DNA of 32,000 nucleotides, from assembly GCF_000014265.1 (NCBI RefSeq), contig NC_008312.1, positions 2,400,001 through 2,432,000 on the forward strand, in the 5' to 3' direction. Shown piece after piece: positions 29,001 through 32,000 of this stretch (position 1 is its first letter; each line of letters begins with the position of its first letter). Made by a program: the position numbers and the translations under genes. The stretch comes from Trichodesmium erythraeum IMS101 (GTDB lineage: Bacteria > Cyanobacteriota > Cyanobacteriia > Cyanobacteriales > Microcoleaceae). Below the pieces are notes generated by a model, which made no database searches, was not told where the DNA came from, and saw only the letters and a program-made list of their open reading frames with translations.

Positions 29001-30038
29001 ATGAACTCAATATCACAAACTCAATCCCGCAAAGCAGATCATCTAAGAGTTTGCTTAGAATCAGATGTCCAATTTAACAACAAGACCAATGGATTAGACA
29101 AATACCGTTTTACTCACTGCTGTTTACCAGAACTAAACCGCAGTGAAATAGATACTAAAACTACATTTCTTGGGAAGCAACTGGGCGCGCCATTATTAAT
29201 ATCTTCGATGACAGGTGGCACTGAGCAAGCTAAAATGATTAATTATCGGTTAGCCAAAGTTGCCCAACACTATAAAATAGCCATGGGAGTTGGTTCCGAA
29301 CGAGTTGCGGTAGAAAATTCCCAAGTGGCTGATACTTTTGCTGTGCGATCGCTTGCTCCTGATATTCTATTGTTTGCCAACCTAGGAGCTGTCCAACTCA
29401 ACTATAATTATGGCATTGACCAGTGCCAACGAGCGATTGATATTTTAGAAGCAGATGCCCTCATTTTACATCTCAATCCTCTTCAAGAGTGCATTCAGAC
29501 TGAAGGTGATACTAATTTCCGAGGTATCCTTGACAAAATATCAAAATTGTGCTATTCGCTGTCAGTGCCAGTAATTGCTAAAGAAGTAGGTAATGGGATT
29601 TCCGGTTCAATGGCCAAAAAGTTAATTGATGCTGGAGTAGGAGCGATTGACGTTGCAGGAGCTGGAGGGACTTCTTGGGCAAAAATTGAAGGGGAGCGGG
29701 GGAAAGACCCACTTCAGCGTCGGTTAGGAAATACTTTTGGGAATTGGGGTTTACCTACTGCAGAATGTATTAGCGCTATCCGCACCCTGAATTCAGACAT
29801 TCCTCTAATTGCTTCTGGAGGGTTACGAAATGGGTTAGAAGTAGCAAAGGCGATCGCTCTTGGTGCAGATCTAAGTGGATTAGCTTGGCCATTTCTTCAA
29901 GCAGCAGTCAAATCAGAAGAATCTCTCAATTTATTAGTAGATATATTAATAGCAGAAATAACGACAGTTCTATTTTGTACAGGCAATGCCAATTTATTAG
30001 AACTGAAAAAATCTCAGGCTTTAGAAAAATTAACATAA
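29001..30038 (+). CDS. fni: Isopentenyl-diphosphate delta-isomerase, type 2 (FMN-dependent)
   Basis: [37 protein letters not shown] and [19 protein letters not shown] form the typical IDI-2 TIM-barrel signature. The protein is 345 aa. Confidence 0.9.
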   Translation: MNSISQTQSRKADHLRVCLESDVQFNNKTNGLDKYRFTHCCLPELNRSEIDTKTTFLGKQLGAPLLISSMTGGTEQAKMINYRLAKVAQHYKIAMGVGSERVAVENSQVADTFAVRSLAPDILLFANLGAVQLNYNYGIDQCQRAIDILEADALILHLNPLQECIQTEGDTNFRGILDKISKLCYSLSVPVIAKEVGNGISGSMAKKLIDAGVGAIDVAGAGGTSWAKIEGERGKDPLQRRLGNTFGNWGLPTAECISAIRTLNSDIPLIASGGLRNGLEVAKAIALGADLSGLAWPFLQAAVKSEESLNLLVDILIAEITTVLFCTGNANLLELKKSQALEKLT

Positions 30039-30332
30039 AAACAAAGTATTAGTCATGGCATCAATTCAACAATTAAAAGTGCTTTGTTGCCATAATTAAT
30101 TTCAAACCATAGTATAAATTTAAATTGCGACTAGTAAATACTGTTGAGTTATCGTTTCTAAAAAATATTTTTTTCAACTCAACTTGTAAATTGATTCTTT
30201 TTCCCAAAATCTATTTCACAGCTTTAGTTGAGACAGTTCACTACAGTTTCAAACTTAGCAAATTCAAATAGTAGGTGATAATTAACTAATACCAAATAAT
30301 TAACTTCCTAAAAAGGAACTCCCACTAGAAAC

Positions 30333-32000
30333 ATGAAAGACTTTTTCAAATACACCTTTGCCAGCCTAATTGGCAGCATACTAGGAATTACTTTAATAAT
30401 CGGTGTCGGATTTGGCGGATTAATATTTTTTGTCGTTTCCATAGCCAGTCAAACCAAAGATCTAGGTCCACAAGTTGAAGACAAATCAATCTTAGTTTTC
30501 GACCTTGCTACAAGTATTACAGATAGTCGACCCATTTCCTCAACTGGGGAAGCACTCCAAGAAGCCCTATCTAGCGACCAAGCTACAACCATAACCCTCC
30601 GAAAAGCAATTAATACTCTCAATGCTGCTGCCAAAGATAAAAAAATAATCGGCATTTACATTAAAGGTAGTAATGCTCCAGGGGTAACAGGACTAGCAAA
30701 CCTACAAGAAATAAGACAAGCACTTCAACGGTTCCGAGAAACAGGCAAAACTATTATTGCTTATGATATGGACTGGACAGAAAGAGAATATTACCTAAGT
30801 TCAGTAGCAGATGAAATTGCAATTAATCCTTTGGGTGTTTTAGAGTTCAATGGTTTAAGTTCTGAAACTATGTTCTTGAGTGGTGCATTAGATAAATTTG
30901 GTATCGGGGTTCAGGTAACAAAAGTTGGTAAATATAAATCTGCCACTGAACCTTTTCTCCGAGAAAAAATGAGTCCGGAGAACCGACAGCAAACTCTTCA
31001 ATTGTTACAAGATATTTGGGGTCAATATCTGCAAACAGTTGCTACAAGTCGAAAGTCTACAACAGAGCAGTTACAGGCGATCGCTGATAATCAGGGAATT
31101 TTGATGGCGAATAATGCTTTACAGAGTAAGTTAGTAGATAGAGTTGTCTACTACGATGAAGTTCTGAAAAAACTTAAAGAACTAACAGGTATTGAAGAGG
31201 ACGATAAAAGTTTCACACAAATTAGTCTGAACAACTATAGCAAAGTACCAAGAGTTGCAAAAACTCTTAGTAAGAATATTAAAAGCAACAATAAAATTGC
31301 TGTAGTCTACGCTCAAGGAGAAGTAGTTAATGGTAGTGGTACTTCTAGACAAATAGGGGGCGATCGCCTAGCAAAGAAATTACGACAACTACGACTTGAT
31401 GAAAAAGTGAAAGCTGTGGTTTTACGAGTTAATAGTCCAGGGGGGAGTGCTTCAGCATCTGAAGTTATTAGTAGGGAAGTAAAACTTATGAGTGAGGAAA
31501 AACCTGTAATTGTATCTATGGGTAATATAGCTGCTTCTGGAGGGTATTGGATTTCTATGAATGCAGATCGGATCGTTGCTGAAGTCAATACTATTACAGG
31601 TTCTATAGGAGTTTTTGGTGTGTTGTTCAATATTCAAGAAATAGCTAATCAAAATGGAATTACTTGGGATGTGGTTAAAATTGGTAAGTTTGCAGATTTG
31701 AATACTACTTCTCGCCCTAAGACTGAAGATGAGTTAGTTTTGATTCAAAAGATGGTAGATTCAATTTACGAGCGGTTTATTAAAAATGTAGCGACAGCCC
31801 GTAATTTAGCACCCGAAAAAGTAGAGGAAATTGCTCAAGGTCGAGTTTGGTCTGGTGCCAACGCTCAAAAGTTAGGTTTAGTTGATGAAATTGGTGGGAT
31901 AGAAACTGCTATTAAAGTTGCTGCAGAAAAAGCTGAACTGGGAGATAGTTGGAAAATTGAGGAGTATCCTAAGTCTCGTAGTTTGGAGCAACAGATTTTT
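30333..32000 (+). CDS. sppA: Signal peptide peptidase SppA (67K type); 556 codons, 3' end beyond the window
   Basis: Absent from the track because it is open at the window edge. My translation from the ATG at 30333 gives MKDFFKYTFASLIGSILGITLIIG (signal-anchor). It continues ...AVVLRVNSPGGSASASEVI..MGNIAASGGYWISMNADRIVAE..TGSIGVFG...RVWSG..A...GLVDEIGG, the ClpP/SppA S49 motifs. No stop occurs through base 32000. Confidence 0.88.
   Translation, partial: MKDFFKYTFASLIGSILGITLIIGVGFGGLIFFVVSIASQTKDLGPQVEDKSILVFDLATSITDSRPISSTGEALQEALSSDQATTITLRKAINTLNAAAKDKKIIGIYIKGSNAPGVTGLANLQEIRQALQRFRETGKTIIAYDMDWTEREYYLSSVADEIAINPLGVLEFNGLSSETMFLSGALDKFGIGVQVTKVGKYKSATEPFLREKMSPENRQQTLQLLQDIWGQYLQTVATSRKSTTEQLQAIADNQGILMANNALQSKLVDRVVYYDEVLKKLKELTGIEEDDKSFTQISLNNYSKVPRVAKTLSKNIKSNNKIAVVYAQGEVVNGSGTSRQIGGDRLAKKLRQLRLDEKVKAVVLRVNSPGGSASASEVISREVKLMSEEKPVIVSMGNIAASGGYWISMNADRIVAEVNTITGSIGVFGVLFNIQEIANQNGITWDVVKIGKFADLNTTSRPKTEDELVLIQKMVDSIYERFIKNVATARNLAPEKVEEIAQGRVWSGANAQKLGLVDEIGGIETAIKVAAEKAELGDSWKIEEYPKSRSLEQQIF

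Noticed and set aside
30449-30655. A 68-aa minus-strand ORF.
   Set aside because: It is antisense within sppA, whose plus-strand frame is open from 30333 to the window end.
31313-31652. Two minus-strand ORFs (105 aa and 66 aa).
   Set aside because: They are antisense within the catalytic region of sppA and are shadow ORFs.

Overview
The window is an AT-rich cyanobacterial chromosomal segment. The evidence is 12 exact copies of the HIP1 octamer GCGATCGC (my rough chance expectation is about 0.1), the NDH-1 genes in ndhA-ndhI-ndhG-ndhE order, and a Rubisco-activase-like gene with an RbcS-like tail. By my count only about 57% of the window lies in supportable CDS. Several ORF-free spacers of 1-2 kb resemble a Trichodesmium-type genome, but that is an inference and no search was run. 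Housekeeping genes are coaD, an rca-like gene, ndhAIGE, gltA, sixA, an HNH endonuclease, alr, rnhA, fni, and sppA (open at the right edge). I see four accessory or unusual items. (1) A RecQ-family helicase is fused to a ComFC/PRTase-like C-terminal domain. A DprA-like gene (open at the left edge) lies on the same strand, separated by a 2.2 kb spacer. (2) That spacer holds a near-perfect 6 x 146 bp tandem array and a heptamer microsatellite. (3) A two-gene NB-ARC/TPR (NLR-like STAND) module has an upstream small ORF that shares the ~35-aa N-terminal motif of the NTPase. Its TPR array is 12 x 126 bp, with variation confined to a few positions. (4) There are decayed IS relics, a 2.26 kb ORF-free insert inside the ndhAIGE operon, an 84 bp duplication across a stop codon, and an ORF split by an in-frame TAA. 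I recognised no rRNA, tRNA or CRISPR.
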